Shown: one piece after another, positions 62,782 through 64,000 of the stretch
Layout of the letters: every line of letters starts with the position of its first letter
Numbering within the stretch: the stretch's first letter is position 1
Assembly (NCBI GenBank): GCA_051362555.1
Contig: CM120645.1
Location: forward strand, 6,820,001 to 6,884,000
From: Lingula anatina
Taxonomy: Eukaryota > Animalia > Brachiopoda
DNA length: 64,000 nt
Direction: 5' to 3'
Notes under the pieces: generated by a model
Databases searched by the model: none
The model's input: the letters and a program-made list of their open reading frames with translations, nothing else
Told to the model about the DNA's origin: nothing
Program-made: the position numbers and the translations under genes

Positions 62782-64000
62782 GTGGGTATTACTTGATTTG
62801 AGGAATGAGTCAGACATTTATGGCTTCTTTTGTAAATTGATTGTAAATTATATTAAATGAATATTTAAAAACCTTTCATCATTTAAGTGATGAAAATATT
62901 TGAAGAAGTAGTTTGATTTTATATATTGCATTGGGTGTTTGTAAGAATCCAAGGGATATCAAAGTCAATACAGAGCTAGAGATGATGGATTGATTTCTAA
63001 CAACATAAGACCTAGTGCATTTAGAAACATGAATATGAAGAAATGGCAGGTTAAATCAGAGGAAACAGATTTATTGAACTTCAAAAACTTATTCTTACTG
63101 TCTCAGTCTTGACTCAACAGACCAATGTGTTATGTCCCTTGACATATACATATGAGATGAATGTCCTAAACTTATATAATTTTGTACGCTTAATTCAAGC
63201 GTGGGCTCGAAATAGGACATTACGTTTTAAACTTACTCAGTGGATAACGCAATTCGAAATTCCACGGTTCGTGTCAGATTTACGTGATATCGCGCAAAGA
63301 AAACCCAAGTCCACATAATGACCTGTTTAATGGTTTATTAGTTGATGATCCCTAACTACATGTTCTACGTGAAGCCTCCAAGCTCTAGGCCGTCTCCCAT
63401 AGCTCCGTCGAGCGGTCTCCTTCGAGTATTCTTCAGTCTGTCCCCTCAATATTATTTCTAGACGTCTTTTATACCTATTTCTTATCTATAGGTGGATTCT
63501 GTGCTGCAGTATTTGGCGGTACATATTAATTTTAATTATTCAAATTGCACACGTCCACTTAAGTTACATAACTACAGGTAAGGCCATAAAACGAGTCGAG
63601 TGCACAAGCAATCGACTCTAATCAAATTAATTTACATGTCTGGGAATTATATTTGTGAACACTACACGCCTTCCCTTTTTACCAGAAAAAAAAATACATT
63701 TTTTTTTTCATTTACCACGTTGGAGACATTCACTCTACATTATATTTACAACATATATATATATATATACAAAGCGAAGCACGTTAATAGAAGAACACGT
63801 TACAGACAGGCCCGGAGGAAAACCAGAGATAAAACCCTTTAATTTATATCTTTCTTTATCAATTTAAGGAAAAATAGCTCTGGAAACCGGGCAAATGAGC
63901 GCCTTATATTTTAAAGTCTTTAAAATTCATTTGAGTCTTTTAGTGTTTAGTCTTTCAATGGAATCATCGGCAAAACGGCGGGGTCCACCACTCTCGGCTG

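Overview
AT-rich, microsatellite-rich eukaryotic DNA with GT-AG introns, most consistent with a marine invertebrate (lophotrochozoan-like; the taxon is an inference). Most ORFs in the supplied track are spurious. Three genes are well supported. (1) An intronless 400-aa class A peptide-receptor-like GPCR (26045-27247, -) with degenerate DRY/NPxxY motifs and a compact CRE+TATA candidate promoter about 1 kb upstream. (2) A 4-exon, 261-aa secreted protein (54432-52481, -) that I assembled by hand: signal peptide, degenerate chitin-binding (CBM14)-like module, Mucin2_WxxW/CysD domain and Tyr-rich tail. It is the best candidate for an undescribed system here. (3) The 5' part of a CFAP92/KIAA1257 (DUF4550) orthologue (59156 to beyond the window end, +) with an RFX X-box-like site upstream. 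A possible first coding exon of an unrecognised membrane protein lies at 4213-4519 (-). Mobile DNA includes a Penelope-like element 3' remnant carrying a minimal hammerhead-ribozyme-like motif, a LINE 3' end, several MITE families (one with 5-bp TSDs) and over-represented TA-flanked palindromes that look like transposon excision footprints. All identifications are by eye from recalled motifs; no database searches were run.
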